From Eledone cirrhosa (lineage: Eukaryota): a stretch of 64,000 nucleotides of DNA. Location of the stretch: contig OZ024741.1 of assembly GCA_964016885.1 (NCBI GenBank), positions 59,644,001 to 59,708,000 of the forward strand, given 5' to 3'. The notes under the pieces were generated by a model. It searched no databases and was not told the DNA's origin. It was given only the letters and a program-made list of their open reading frames with translations. The translations under genes were made by a program, and so were the position numbers. This document shows, in pieces, positions 13,005 to 28,904 of the stretch (positions within the stretch are counted from its first letter, which is position 1; every line of letters starts with the position of its first letter).

Positions 13005-15907
13005 CATATACATATACGAAAGTACTACACTCCAGTTTCCTTTCTTCATTTTACATTCTGATAGTATTTTGATGAATTAGCAATGGTGGAAAGATCAACT
13101 ATTCTTAGATTACTTACTGAAGAATTTGAAGAATAACTATTTTTTTTTTTTATTTATTTACCAACATAGAATGGAATATCCCTAATTTGAATAACTTTAG
13201 GCATGTTTTATTGAAACTTTCCCATCTCAACATTTTTTTATTTTATACTTATTTATTCGTATTTATGAATCACCACAGTTATTATTCCGTTTGTGTTTAT
13301 TCCAGCTCACTGCGCGCTGAGTTCGGGTCCCACCGAGGTCAACTTCGTCTTTCATCTTTTCGAGATTGACAATGAAAATATCAGCCCACTACACTGTCCA
13401 ATTGTTCCCCTGTCTATTTTTATCAATTTCTGTCAATCTCCCGCCATCTCTGGGAGAATTCAGTTATATTCAGACATGAAGATGGATGGGCTTCGCCAGG
13501 TGTGAAAATGTTCTCAAATGCAAATATATGTCAAAACAGTACCCCTAAGATTCGTTCAAGCATTTAGGGTCCTTGAGCAAGACATTTTATTTGTCGTTGC
13601 TCCTACCCACGGAGCTGGCGAAACGTGTTATGCCTGTAATTCATACAATGTTTCAGGCAGAATATTTCTGAATTTCATGTTCAGGATGCTCGTATAGTTG
13701 AATGTTGAGCGACGTACACGTTAAGTTCACGTACATGCTATTTCGTTGTTGGAACAACTGGGACACTCTTCGTGGGAATATACGGAGGTCCAACACAAAC
13801 GTGGCTGCCTTTAAAACCATGGAAAATAGTGAATCGTCACATTTTCGCAAATTTCAAATTGCTATTGTGAAAGCTATACATGGACAATTTTATTTTACAG
13901 AATAATGATTAACTTTAAATTGTAAGAATGTCTGCAAACATTAAAAGCTCTTCGTGACAATTCTATATTATCGGATATTATACGAAGACACACAGTTGGT
14001 GATCATGATCGTTATATATCATTAGCGATTTGAGAAGCACGAACTCCCAGTTTTGTTTAAAATCTCAATTTCTTTTTCGTGTCCAATTCTTTTCATTTAT
14101 TTAACACTTAACATCCTATATCACATGAACACGCATTAAAAAGAGATCATGGAAAAGTACAAAACAACAAGATTATTGGATAACATGAAAAATTGAAGTT
14201 TCTGTCTCAAATAACACACATTTTCACAATGATCTACATAAGAGTAACGATATTACAAACATTTGGATTAACAAATCACATGAACCCATATAGCAATAAA
14301 AACTACAAAACGGCACTATGAATTCATCACATTAAAACAAAGCCGTTATTCTAATGATACACATTTTCACAATGATTTGTATAATAGTAAAGATGCTATA
14401 GATATTGGAATTAACCAGATTCAAAATCATTAAAGAATGTTAAGAATGTTAAGAGTAAGTAAAGTATAATTTATTTTCATAATCTTTCAATCAGTTTAGC
14501 TTGTCTTAGTCAGCAATATTCTGAGTTGTGTGGATGTTTCTTTCGTGTTATTGATCAATCAAGTATAATTATCACTGATTCATTTCTCTCTTTTTATTAT
14601 TAAGAAATAGAACAAGACGGTCAATTTGGCAGAACCATTATATCGAATAAAATAAAGGATCAGTGAAATACCGGAGACCATCGAATGACCCTCCCCGCCC
14701 CAATTGCTGATTTTGTGCTAAACTTTGAATCCATTTCGCGTCAGTGTATTGGCTGAATTGTTAGAGCATCACACACAATTCGTCACGTAATGTAGTTACA
14801 GATTTTTACCCTGTGAGATCAAATTCTTCCGAAACCCGGTTTATCTTTCATATTTCGAGGTCGATGAACAAATTGCTTCGAGGTCGTTTTTGAACAGAAT
14901 CTGCTCCATTGAAGACAACGCATACCCAGTATTAAATGAGAGGGAAGAAAAGAAAATATAAATATACCAATAAAATCCTAGGCTGGCGCTCCCAATAAGG
15001 TGAACTCGGCAGCCGCCTTGGGAGCAAACCTCAGACAAGCACATTACTCAGAATTAAAGGATCACAGTTGTCCACAGAATTGTATAAATTCATCTTAAGT
15101 ATATAAATAATTTCTTGCAATCTATGAATAAATCTCTAAATATATATTCTGCATAACAACGTTGCTACGACGGCCATGTTGTGCTACGACTAGTCACGTG
15201 ATTTAGCAGAGGAGTTTGTGGTAAATGGAAAATGTAGGCTTAGTAATGTTTTTAGTTCAATCAGAAAAAGAAGTGTCGAAAACTAGGTTCGCCGGCTTAG
15301 CAGACTATAAGTTTAAAATATTTTATTTGGAAGAATAGGACGCATACTGTAGAGATAACCTTGTGCGATAAATATCCAGGTGTCGGTTCTTATCTCTGGT
15401 CACAAGATTAGTTCCATATTGTTAACGTGTTTTGGTCTGAAATAAAATGTATTTCCTTTCTAATAACTTTAAATATCAAAGTGTTCCGTGTAGTTGAAAA
15501 TTACAATTCTCATTTGAGTGTTTCCCCAAGCGTTTCATACATTTTATATTTGAAAGCTTATTAGAATGTGTTAGAATTTTGAAAATGGGGTTATATGTGG
15601 AAGAGATTCGCCATTATACATATGGAAAATTGAAACTAAATATACACATACAAACAATGATTCTTTTAAATAGAAGCATCACATTCTTTTCTTTACCACA
15701 TTTGCTGTTGATTTTGTTGGATATTAAAGTAATAAAACAGCCTGAGAAATGTTATTTATAAGTTGGTGTACTAAGAAATATAGAAAATAAATGTAATGCA
15801 ATAATTATATTTCCTAGACTTGTTTAGCCATAAGGAACAACTTCAAAACCAGAACATATAATGTAAAGAAACTCAATTTATTTTATAATTTATATATATA
15901 TACACAG

Positions 15908-16013
<106 letters not shown>

Positions 16014-16112
16014 ACACACACTCGCACACACACACATATATATATATATATTAGAAAAGGGAAGTGAGGTTCTGTACAAAACAGTGGATATAGAGAAAAG
16101 ATGAAGTTGGAA

Positions 16113-16174
<62 letters not shown>

Positions 16175-16276
16175 GGAAAGAGTGAGAGAGAGAGAAAAAG
16201 TGAGAGAGAGAGAGCTAGATATCTTTAAGATAGATAGATGGATATCTTTAAGATAGATACATGTATATATGTATGC

Positions 16277-16359
<83 letters not shown>

Positions 16360-16445
16360 CGTGCGCGTGTGTGTGTGTGTGTGTATATATATATACATGC
16401 ATATAGGTACACACACATATATATATATACATATATATATACATA

Positions 16446-17314
16446 CGAAGTGAGTCTAAAAAGTAACAGGACGTAGTGTACTGTGTGAGCAATGCGTGGG
16501 GTAGGTATTAGCGGTTTGTCTCGCTCTGTAGAGTAATATCCGGGGAGTATAATACTGCGATCTAAGCTCTCCGCAGGCATTGTATGCTTTTTGTCGAAAT
16601 TTTGTTAATGTTATGTTGTTAAGTGATGGGGGAGAGAGTAACAAACTAGCTTGAAGTTTCTGATCCGGCAGGGGAACATCTGTCAAAAGCACGCGGAATA
16701 ATGCAGCCAGTGTATGGAGTTGAGATGATGTCACGCTCACGGATTTTCGAGTGGCACAAAAGGTTTGAAGGCACAGGAGAACGTGGAAGACGATCCCAAG
16801 AGCGGGAGGCATTCAATGAGCAGGACTGAGGCCAACGTTGAGCGCATGAGGCAGGTGGTGCATGGCGATCGTTGGCTGACTGTTTGATTGATCGCAAGTG
16901 AGCTGGGCATGAATCGTGTCAGCCTTTGGTAAATTATCACCACAGATGTGGGTATGCGGAAGATCGCTGGCTAACAGCGCCCTGAGCATCCAGCAGTTCC
17001 TGGCCGAGAAAAATATCACCGTACTGGAACAACTTCTTTATTCACCTGATCTTGCTCCCTGTGATGTTTTACTTTTCCCCAAGCTGCAGGCTTTCATCAA
17101 GTGGACCCGTTTTGAAAGCGAGGAGGCCAAGAAGAGGGCCATAACGAAGGATCTGAGGTACATGCCAGAAGAATCCTTCCAGAAGTGCATAAACGCATCG
17201 TAGAGAAGGATGGAAAATATATCAGAATCTAAGTGGATTACATATATTTTTTTTGGTTTGGAATTGAAATAAATTGTTTGTGACAGCAGTCCGTTACTTT
17301 TCAGACAGATCTAG
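16446..17314 (+). mobile_element. Internally deleted mariner element
   Basis: Imperfect TIRs CGAAGTGAGTCTAAAAAGTAACAGGAC / GTCCGTTACTTTTCAGACAGATCTAG with TA flanks. Transposase pieces IFEWHKRF, DDPKSGR, IASELG and YSPDLAPCD. Confidence 0.85.
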
Positions 17315-17346
<32 letters not shown>

Positions 17347-17574
17347 ACCAAACGTGCACATATAAACAATATAAAAGTCTCACAGACAAGCAAGTGAACA
17401 CACAGACAGACAAGCACTAACACAGGTCAGATTAGTTGAAAATACAAGAAAAACCTTAAATATTATCAATTATATTTAGTGTTATTAGCGTATTAGCGGT
17501 CAACATCTTTTTTTTAAAGTATATATATATATATAGTAATAATAATAATAATAATAATAATAGTAATAATAATA

Positions 17575-18478
17575 AATTTGTATACTAAAATCCAAAGAGG
17601 ACTCGATAAGGATAAATATATATCAAATATATAAGAACCGTAGAGCAAATATTTATTAAAATAACAGATTAAAATTTAAGCAAAGAATCGCTGCTTTCAC
17701 CCTTAACAGGATCTTCTGAAACTAACAAAGTCAATCTGTAAACGCAGAACTGGATATTTCAAAAAACGTTGCAACCGGAGGAAGACAGGAAGACGATACT
17801 TTGGTTCGTGGAAACGTTCCCTGGCAAAGAACGGAAAAAAACGAATATAATACGTCATTAATAGGTGCGGTGAAAAACAATTACGCGCAAAGACAGAACC
17901 ACGTTTATGGTATAAAAGAGGTCGTTTGACTAATTTTCTCTTAGATGGTTCATAGAGATGTTCTCTGGCAATGAACGAAAAAAACGAAGATAATACGTCA
18001 TATGTGGAGCGTGGAGAACAATTGCACGCAAAGACAAAACCACGTAAATGGTATAGCAGAAGTTGTAGACTAAAATTCTAACTAGGAGACCGAATGAATC
18101 TCCGCTTCAGAGTTATGAACAAAGTAAATAAATACAAAACAGAAGTAATAGAAATTAAATAAATACATACACGCATACAAATACGTACATACACAAGCAT
18201 ACGCGAAAACACTTACCATAGGTATACAAAACCACGCACATATAAATATGTGTGTGTGTGTATGCGTGTATACAAATATATAAATAATTAAATAAACGTA
18301 TATAAATAAATAAATACGTATATAACAAGCGCACACACATACCTACATGTAAATACACAAATGTTCGGAGACGTAAGTCAACCAAAACATGAAGTACACA
18401 TATACACACACCCTATATACGTACGAACCTGCGTACTCACACAGACGCAAAACTCCCGTATACACATAACCAAAACCA
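17575..18478 (-). mobile_element. Solo family-B 3' UTR/pLTR with hammerhead-like motif at 17673-17723
   Basis: About 900 bp collinear with 9800-10710. Confidence 0.85.
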
Positions 18479-18492
18479 TATATATATATATA

Positions 18493-20406
18493 CATCTTAG
18501 ATAGGATTATACCTGTCTTAACATCAAGATCACATATTAAACTATGGAATGGAACTAATGAAGTGATTGACTGGTTTGTAAACCTTAAATCTAAAGGAAA
18601 CACTAAATTCATCCAAATGGATATAGCAAATTACTATTCTTCTATTACTCCAACTTTACTTAACAAAGTCTTAATTTAGGCATTAAAACACGCGGCTCTA
18701 TCAAGTGATGGAATAAACATCATCTTGAAGGCGAGGAAAAACCCTTATCGACTTTAATGGCGATCTTTGGACGAGAGCTGATAGACCTGGAAATCTTGAT
18801 ATTACCATGGGGTCATCAGCCTCAGCTCAAGTTACGGACCTCATTAGTATTTTCATCCGTAACACTAAACATAGAAAACTGCCGGAAATTGCCGGAAATA
18901 GATCTTACATTTAGCCTCTACTACCCATTCCATAAGTTAAACGAAAACCTAAATTATGTTAATAGTGGTCATCTTAGAATTTCTAGACTCTCTTCTAATA
19001 AAGATATATTTGACAATACGGCAGAATACTATAATGAAGCCCCATCTAGGACTGGCTACTCTAATAAAATTAAATACATAAATAAAAATAATTATACCCT
19101 CTATTATAAAGAAAATAATTCATCTAATATTAATAACATAAATCAACCTTATAATCAGCATGCCTTACATATAAACAAAAATAACAAATCGAATAGAAAA
19201 ACCAGATCTCGTTCTATATTATGGTACTCTCCAGCAATATCTTTAGGAATTAAAACTAGTTTAGCCCAACAGTTCTTTTGCGTTCTCGATAAATGTTTCC
19301 CTAGAACCCATACATATTACCAGATTTTTAACAGACATACTATCAAACTATCATACTCTACAACTATGAACATGGGCCAAAATATAGCAAAAATTAATAA
19401 TAGGAATCTTAAAATGAATGAAATCGAAATATCTCCCAACTCTAACAATAGTAATATTTATAGTAGCTTAAGCAAAAATAATAGCATACACCTTAATAGC
19501 AGAGCTGCATCATCAAATAGTAACATAAAGAATTGTAATTGTAAGAACAGTCTTTCTTGTCTGTTAAATAATAATTGCCTTGACCGTATAAATGCATTGT
19601 TAAAACTAATGATAAATCCTATAACTATATAGGTGCTACTTCAGCTAAATTAAAGGAAAGGTCGTATAACCATATGCATACATTTAAAAGAATGGAAAAG
19701 AAATTCTCAACTTCCTTATCTCAGTTAATATGGTCTCTTAAAAACAAAAAAAAAACATATATTACTCATTATATTGGCATAAGCCTTACCATATATATAT
19801 TCCTCTATTTCAAAAAATTGTAATCCCTGTGATACTGAATTTCTTCATATTATTATTAATACAAAATCTATTATTAATGAAAAAAAAAATCAACAGAAAT
19901 ATTTAGCGGCTGTTTGCACCGTTTTTCTAAATCTTTTCACAGAATATTTATCAAAATCTACATATTTGTATGGTTGACTTAATTGTTATCTCTCTCTCTC
20001 TCCCTCTCTCTCTCCCCTTCTCTCTCCCCGCTCTCTCTCTCTTTCTCTCTCTCTATATATATAGATATAGATATAGATATATATATATAATTGTATGTTT
20101 TCTATTTTATAACGAAATAATAAGTGACATAATATATTCTATATGTTATGCTTACGTTATAAGCCCCAATAATAAATTCTTACCCCCCCCCAAATATTCC
20201 TAAAACCTTATAATATAATTTTTTTAATTATAAATAATCAAATTTCTTCCCCTTTGTTTGTTTATTTACTTATGCAAATATATCTAATATATACCTTTAT
20301 TTTTTCATAACATTAGAATATAAAATATATATATATCGATTACCTATATACATATATATAAGCATATGTATATGTGTGTGTATCTACCTATCTATCTATC
20401 TAACTA

Positions 20407-20474
<68 letters not shown>

Positions 20475-20484
20475 TCTCTCTCTA

Positions 20485-20522
<38 letters not shown>

Positions 20523-20720
20523 GAGAGAGAGATGTGAGAAAAATCACAAACCCTCCATCTCAATTCTACTTTTGAAAAGCATAAGAACTCCGAAACCGGT
20601 AAAGGAACCAAAGAAATATGTATTTTCTTTTTTAAATAAGTCTCCAGTTACATTTTCGATTTTATCTTTTTTCCTTATACTTTCACTCGTGTAAGACACA
20701 TCGTCTTCTTTCAGTTTGTA
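18493..20720 (+). mobile_element. Degenerate PLE (RT, GIY-YIG and 3' region)
   Basis: ILDRIIP..LWNGTNEVIDWF..FIQMDIANYYSSI, RISRLSSNKDIF, ILWYSP, HTIKLSYS, CNC..C..CL and STSLSQLIWSLK. A degenerate HHR remnant (GAAACCGGTA) lies near 20570-20605. Confidence 0.85.
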
Positions 20721-20732
20721 AAAAAAACTCGC

Positions 20733-20763
<31 letters not shown>

Positions 20764-21029
20764 CCCTTAATAATAAGATATAAGCATTTAATGGTTTTTA
20801 TCTGACCAATCTAATCACGCTGTCTTTTTTTGTTTTTTTTTTCTTTAAAAACATATGAAGCGTTTAAATTTACTATCCTTATTATTTATTTATTTGTTTA
20901 TTTGTATATTTTCTAATAAATTTATATCCCAGGAAATTTTGAGGTTTTGAATCACATGTCCGTTTAAAATTGATCGTATACGGTCTTTTTTAAGAGTATG
21001 TCATATAACATTTTATACATCTAATATTG

Positions 21030-21085
21030 TATTTTGTCTGAAGAAGGCATACTATAATTTAGTGTCCCTGAAATAAAATAAATAA
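21030..21085 (+). ncRNA. Degenerate family-A hammerhead in a solo pLTR (~20765-21200)
   Basis: TATTTTGT-CTGAAGA-AGGCATACTA..TAGTGTCCCT-GAAA is homologous to 4571-4635, but helix III is damaged. Confidence 0.55.
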
Positions 21086-21287
21086 TGATGCTATAGTGTT
21101 ATATATTCCGTTTATTACTATCATTATCATAATACTCCGGATACATTTATCTGTCGAGTGCTTCGTATCTGTTATGAATATAAATCTGTTGATTACATAT
21201 CAACAAAGTCTCTAACTCATTGTTTATATATTTTAATGGCGGTGCCCCAGCATGGCCTAGGCCAGACGGCTGGAACAGGTAAAAGAG

Positions 21288-22218
<931 letters not shown>

Positions 22219-22316
22219 TTTATATATATATATATATATATATATATGAACAAGAAGTTTATGAAACGGAAATGCGGTATAAAGAATTTATTAGGTAACA
22301 ATTGTTTCTATAGTGT

Positions 22317-24016
22317 ATGGGTTACCGATTAATATGTCCTTCAAAGTCTGATATAGGTAGAATCAGTAAATACATATTAGATCGTATAATCCCCCAAGTT
22401 AAGGCTAAGGTAGATATTAAATTATGGGGTAATACTCAACAGGCAATAAGATGGTTCAATAACATTAGTGACAAAAACAAATCTTCTTTTATTCAATTCG
22501 ATATAGATGAATACTATTCCTCTATTTCACCTGAAACCCTGCATAAGGCCCTCTCATTCGCTAAGGCTAACTCGGACCTCACAAACGAGGAAATTAATAT
22601 TATACTTGAAGCTGGACGCACAGTAGTTCATTTTGAAAATAGTTATTGGGTCCTCAGAGATAGACCCTCGGAATTTGACATTACGATGGGTTTTAATGAT
22701 TCGGCGGAGGTCACGAATCTGGTTGGAATCTATATAGCCCATAGACTCCAGAGCGAATTTACTGACCTCCACAGTGGAATCTACCGCGATGATACACTTC
22801 TATTAGTCAAGAATATGAACAAACAAAACCTAGAAACGCGACGTAAAAACATTAGGAAACTTTTCTTAGAACTAGGGCTTAATATTACCTTCGAACACAA
22901 TCTTAAGGTGGCCAACTTCTTGGATGTCACCTTCAACCTTAATAACGGTAATATAGGACCATTTCACAAATTTAATGAAAATCTCAAGTACGTTAATGTA
23001 AAATCGAACCATCCCCATTCCATTATTAAATCTATCCCTAAAAATATATCCATAAGGATCTCCCGACTGTCGTCTAATTTGCAGACCTTCAACGAGCATG
23101 CTGAATATTATAATGACGCACTTAGAAAAGCTGGTTACTGCGAGAAAATAGAATATCTAGATGATAACCGCATAGGTACTATGAATAAACCACATCTAAG
23201 TCGAACTAGTATTGCACCACACACACACATCAATAGGCATACTAATAGGTGCAAACCAACAAATAGAGTCAGACGTAGAGAGTACATATGGTATAACCCC
23301 GTGTACAATATTTCTATTAGCACTAAGATTATCTCACAATTCTATACACTGATCAATAAACACTTTACAACTTCACATAAATACTATAAAATCTTAAACT
23401 CGCACACCATTAGACTCTCATACTCCACTGCACCTAACATAGAACAACTAATTAAAAACTCAACTCAACAATACTAAATAAGTACATCCCTAATGAAACA
23501 GCGCACCAGCATGGCGACATACAACGCACTAACACGCAACTACAACTCCACCAAACTATCCAGGATACTACTGCAAAACATAAAAATAACTGTAAGTGCA
23601 CCAAACCAGGTACGTGCCCACTGAATAACCAGTGCCTAGCACGCAATATTGTCTACCGATGTACAATAAATTCCGGAACCAACAAATAGTATTACGTCGG
23701 ATGTACCGCAACATCTTTCAAAGCTCGCCTATACCAACATCGATCTTCGATCAGGCATGAGAAAATGCGCTCTGTAACAACCCTCGCCGATAAAGCCTGG
23801 CAGCTTCAGAGGAACAATCAAGCATTCTCCCTTGATTGGCAAATTATAGCAGTTACGCCTGCATATAAGCAAAATCATCGATTCTGTAAATTATGCAATA
23901 TGGAAATATACTGCATTTTAACGTCGGAAAACAAACTTTTGAACAGCAAAATTGAACGTTCACTTTACTGTAACCATCGTTTGAAAACGACTTTTTCTTT
24001 TTTTAAATGCATGTAA
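22317..24016 (+). pseudogene. PLE reverse transcriptase plus GIY-YIG endonuclease, YRDD type (Nematis-like by inference), disrupted
   Basis: FIQFDIDEYYSSI, FDITMG..DSAEVTNLVG, GIYRDD, ANFLDVTF, IWYNP, CKC..CPL..CL, IVYRC..YYVGCT and CKLCNME. Frameshift near 23460 and a stop near 23688. Confidence 0.9.
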
Positions 24017-24429
24017 TGTTACCTTTTTACACCACCGTTTGCACATTTCTGTTTTATATGTTTATACACACGATATGGCTTTCTATAATAATAGTACTAA
24101 ACACTGTTTTTTGGACCCCTTTAGAAATAACCTGCTACTATAATAGCCCCAATAACTTGTCTGTAATTCTGTACTACTTTGACCCCTTTAACTAAATTTT
24201 GTCCAAACAACACCACTAGAAGAATTTACTTCCCCCGCCAACCCTAACACGCCTCATTAAGCTAACTGCTGCCAAAACATTTTCTCCTTACAATCTCTAC
24301 TATTCTGACAGTCTTAAATCCTAAGAACCCCCCCCCCCCCTTACTCGCTTCCCTCTTCTTCTTCCCTTTCTACCTCCTTATTTCTCTTATATCTAGTGTA
24401 TAAAATATTTTCATATCATTCTACTACAA

Positions 24430-24546
24430 AGGTCTGACGACATGGTGTGTTTTCTTACAGTGTACATACGATTTATGATAATATTTTTATATTATACAAA
24501 TAGCGAGGTATAGGTAACCCATACACTATAGAAACAATTGTTACCT
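24430..24546 (+). ncRNA. Type I hammerhead ribozyme with a long loop II, in the PLE pLTR
   Basis: Helix I AGGT/ACCT, CTGACGA (24434-24440), helix II ATGGTGTGT/ATACACTAT enclosing ~70 nt, GAAA (24531-24534), palindromic CAATTG, GUU site, then AATAAA. Confidence 0.75.
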
Positions 24547-24692
24547 AATAAATTCTTTATACCCGCAAACTTCTTCTTCATATTTTCTCCGGATTTTAAA
24601 ACACACTTTATTATACGTTGAGCAATCTCCGACGTCAGTTGACTTCATCCAATGCGACTACTTAGTAACATTGGAATACAGATTTATTAATT

Positions 24693-24723
<31 letters not shown>

Positions 24724-25029
24724 CGTGTGTGTGTGTGTGTATATATGTGTGTGTGTGTGTTGTTTAAGTGAATAACTTGTGGTTACTAGCGGTCATGCTG
24801 TTCAAATCATTCATTGCTGCTACGGGGTCCCTCTCTCGTTTGCGCTCCAGGTTTAAAGCGGTTGTAGTTTGCAGAGTGTTTATATTGAGTGACAATAAGA
24901 TTTGCATTTTATTATGAAACCTTATTGCATATTCAAACTGTTTCGATAGCGATCAGCTCGGGTTTGGTCAAACGATCGGATGCCGATGTTTAATCGACAC
25001 GTCATAGAAAGCTGCATATAAACATATTC

Positions 25030-25060
<31 letters not shown>

Positions 25061-26341
25061 ACTAAATCGCAGATACGCAAAATAGAATCGAAACCTCTAT
25101 ATTTCTTTCACTCTTATAAGTGTTTCAGCCGATAAACTGAGGCCAGGCTGAGAACTGCCATTGAAGCTACTGTATATACATCAAAAGAATTCACCAATAT
25201 ATTGTATATCTTTACTGGAGAGAGTCATATTTCTGGTAATCTAGTGTTGAGAATGGCATATGCACGCATAATACTTCACCAACAGGATACATTACTGTTC
25301 ATACTCACTATGGTATTACACGGAAGATATACGGAAACATAAATATCAACAACAGAAACTATCAACAGCAGAAATATATATGTAATGGAATGTCTTTTCG
25401 TGTGAATGTCGCTGTGGTTTGTTTTGATTCAACATCTGTCATTCTACGTGCTCCCTTGTTAATAACTCTCACTGCACCTTGGTTCAAGATTTATTCAGTC
25501 TTTACGTAAACGTTAACAAGAAATGTTACACAACAAAAACAGATTATTGGGGGAGATGTGTCGTTTTTATTAATCCACTGCATGAAAAATAATTCAAAAT
25601 GAATAAGAACTTCATCCAGATTATAACATAGGGAACCATTTATATAATAATGCTTGGGTTTGAATAAGGGTTTTTACCAATTTTATTTCTCCCTTGAATG
25701 TTTATGCAATGTATACTCTGAGAAGAGATATGTCTATTTGGCGTGTGACCACATAATTTAGATCCTGAAGAATATACTGCAACATTTTGGAAGTAATTTA
25801 TATTCATATAGAATTGAATTCTGAAGGCATTACACTATTGATTGGATCAGAACTTTGTCTTCAACTGAAAATGTATTTTGTTATATTCTTCTCTTGCTTA
25901 CAGTAATCAAACCCCCATGAAAGTTTGTGAGTTGAGGTTAAAATGTCATTGTAACTTCCAAAGAACGTCAACTAGATCCATTACAGATTAGGAGTAAAAG
26001 CTAGATGCTAAAATCTTCATTTTTAAATTATTATCTTAGACTTGTGAAAATGGTTTTCTATTTGCTGTTTAATATAATGCAAGAAAAACAATTTTAGATT
26101 TTGATTTCATCAAATTCTGTATACAGTCAAACGCTTGATATGAAAATGAAAACAAAATAAATTTGATTTAGCTTGCAATCAATTCAGAAAAGTAAGAACA
26201 CTTTAAATAGAAAGTTCTCCACTATATTTCTAATACCAGTTTGATTTATGTAAAACATCTAAGGATGAGTCAAACAGCTTCAGATGCGTTTAAAGTAGAA
26301 ATAAGAAATTAGACATTGCCGTAAAATGTCATGTTATACAG

Positions 26342-26543
26342 CAGGCATGTCAAACATGCGGCCCTTTGCAAGCACACATGCGGCCCGCACAAAGGTTTTC
26401 ATAGCGCGAGCATGTTTTATCTTCGTAATATAAAATAAAACAAATTTAGTTGTAATGTACGCAATTAGTTCTCGTGTGTGGCTCTCAGACAACACATATG
26501 TGACACATGTGGCTCTCGGGGTACCCTCAGTTTGACATGCCTG
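26342..26543. mobile_element. hAT (Charlie-like) MITE, 202 bp
   Basis: Perfect 14-bp TIRs CAGGCATGTCAAAC/GTTTGACATGCCTG and an 8-bp TSD TTATACAG (26334-26341 and 26544-26551). Confidence 0.92.
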
Positions 26544-27719
26544 TTATACAGGATCTATCTCCATAGTTAAGTTTACATTATATGGAGGTATGCAGTACGT
26601 CTTTCCAGCTATATGTAGATATGGATGGATCCCCTACATGGAGACAAGGCGGAGCAGCAAGGCTGTTTTCACAATGTGTAGGGCAATCCACGACTGTACA
26701 ATCCACGACTTACAAATTGAGGCTACTATATACATGAATCAAACTCAAACACTTAGCTAGTAGTTCTTAAAATACATATCCTTGATCACGATTACATGAA
26801 CACGCTAATAACTTTTTGTGGGGAATATGTTATGCTGTTATAGATTTTATATGATCCATTATGTACAGAGCTCGATCCCACTGCGAGTCATATAACAGAG
26901 CCTTGAGAGGGAGAGATATTGTGGGTGAAAGCCAATCGAATATACTATCTATAATATAATAAAGGGGGAGACAGCGTCGGTTTTATATGTTTTCATCCCG
27001 TATGTAAAATAAGTTGATTACTTTGAATAATCATGAATAAATATTATGTAATTTATCTACTAAATTTTGTATCTCTTGATTAAACATAAATATTCTTATG
27101 TATAAAGTATAGCTCATTTTAAGATTCACCTTCTTAAAAATGTTCAAATGTCAACACTTCCGATTAGAGTCCGTTATATTTATTACATCGCTTATATAAA
27201 CGTTCATATATTTCCATCGTTATATAAGGTTTATATTTCTGTCGCTACTTTTCTTCTTTTTCATTTTCATTACATTTTAGTTTAATATATATGCTGTTTA
27301 TATATAATATCGTCTTTTTTAATGTATCATGGATTACCTTATTGATTAAAGAAGAGAGAATAACACAGACTTCGTTCGATTTCTGTGCATATTTTCAATT
27401 ACGATTTCATTTGACGTATTATATCTACACGCATATATATTTGCGTATAATATCAATATGCACACTGCACATGCTAGCAGAAAGCCACTCGAAGGAGCCA
27501 GCCTTGTAACAAACTGTGTCATTTTAAATCTCACACAGAATTACATTAAGGATGCACGTATTGTAGAATACTCAGCTACTTACACGACAATGTCATGAGT
27601 AGACTGTTCAGTTGATAGAAACAGTGGAACGTTCACCTTGGAAACCGATGGAGGTTCATTCCATATTCTATTTGAAATAGCACAATATTTCTTTTTCGAT
27701 ATACTTAATAATTGTTTCT

Positions 27720-27895
27720 ACTTTTGACACAAGGCCAGCAATTATCCCAGTGTATTGCTGGTACTTTGTTTTATCGACCCCGTAAGGATGAAAAGGAAAG
27801 TTAACCTCGGTGGGGTTTGAACTCAGACCGTACAGGGGCGTAACTCTATGCTACAAAGCATGGCGCCAATCCTCTACCGATACTGCCAATCCCTC
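27720..27895 (-). mobile_element. tRNA-derived SINE (family 1)
   Basis: Reverse-complement homolog of 7020-7215, with B-box-like GAGTTCAAACCC. Confidence 0.65.
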
Positions 27896-28564
27896 TAATA
27901 ATATTGAACTACTATTATATAGCTTCATATATATTTGTAAGTATCTATGTGCTTATGTAGGCAACATATGTATTGAGTTAGACATTGATCAGGCTCAAAG
28001 GCAAGGAATTAAATATTATTCCCTACTCTCTCTTTGGTGCGAACATATTAGTTGATAGAAAGATACACAGACGCATGCACGCACACACACCCATACACAA
28101 ACATAGACACACACGCACGCACACATTCACACACAAACATACAAACTTACTAACAAACAAACATACACACATATATACATTGTAAAATTATACACCAACT
28201 CTAGTGGTTTTGGTGGTTTTAGTGGTTTCTATTCAATGAATTATCATTATAGAACGGTGTGAGAACGTAAACGCAATTCCCTACAAAGGCAGTGATACTA
28301 TAGAATACAAGTGATATTTATGCTTTGAAAAGGAAGCAAATAATCTATTGAATATATGAAATATTTACATCGATAACATTATTATGCTTCCGGAGTTTGC
28401 AATAGCAGATTGTCCTTCAATTTTTGTCGAAGCAATAGTCGTTATATAGCGTTATCTAGCCTTCAGTTAATATTAGTCGTATTACAATACTACATTTGTA
28501 AGTGAAATCTTAAGAAACATAACTTGTACATATCTTAAGAAACATAACGTGTATATATATATAC

Positions 28565-28597
<33 letters not shown>

Positions 28598-28904
28598 TTC
28601 ATATAAATGTATTTTTACATATATTCCTTTATAGAAAACATTATGCATACTTTCAAATTCTATATCATCTACTTCTTCCACTCACTCTCATACACACATA
28701 CACACACCCTCTCTCTGTGTAGATATATAGTAGGAGAGAGGGAGAGAGATAAAAGAATGAGATAAAAGAGAGAGAGGGAGAGAGAGAGTGAGACAGTGTT
28801 GCTTAGTTCTTTAAGGAATTTAATATAAGATGCATAAGTCATGAGAGAAGAGTGATATTTGAAAGCAAATTGCCGTGGACAATCCTGGGAATCGTTTTGA
28901 CACA

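Larger units (their letters stand above)
22245..24698 (+). mobile_element. 5'-truncated PLE with 3' pLTR and inverted 5' pLTR piece
   Basis: RT/GIY-YIG coding region 22317-24016. 22245-22326 is an inverted copy of 24513-24583. TA tracts on both sides. Confidence 0.92.

Noticed and set aside
14216-14420. Small local duplications (also 38301-38369 and 42240-42291)
   Set aside because: Ordinary slippage-type tandem duplications with no further structure.
25150-25960. Unique-looking sequence with splice-like sites, a possible host exon cluster (also 2850-3310 and 46750-46900)
   Set aside because: No recognisable protein and stops in the frames examined. It cannot be supported without RNA-seq or homology search.
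26947-27000. TCTATAATATATAAAG resembling a Helitron 5' end
   Set aside because: No matching hairpin-CTAG 3' end was found.
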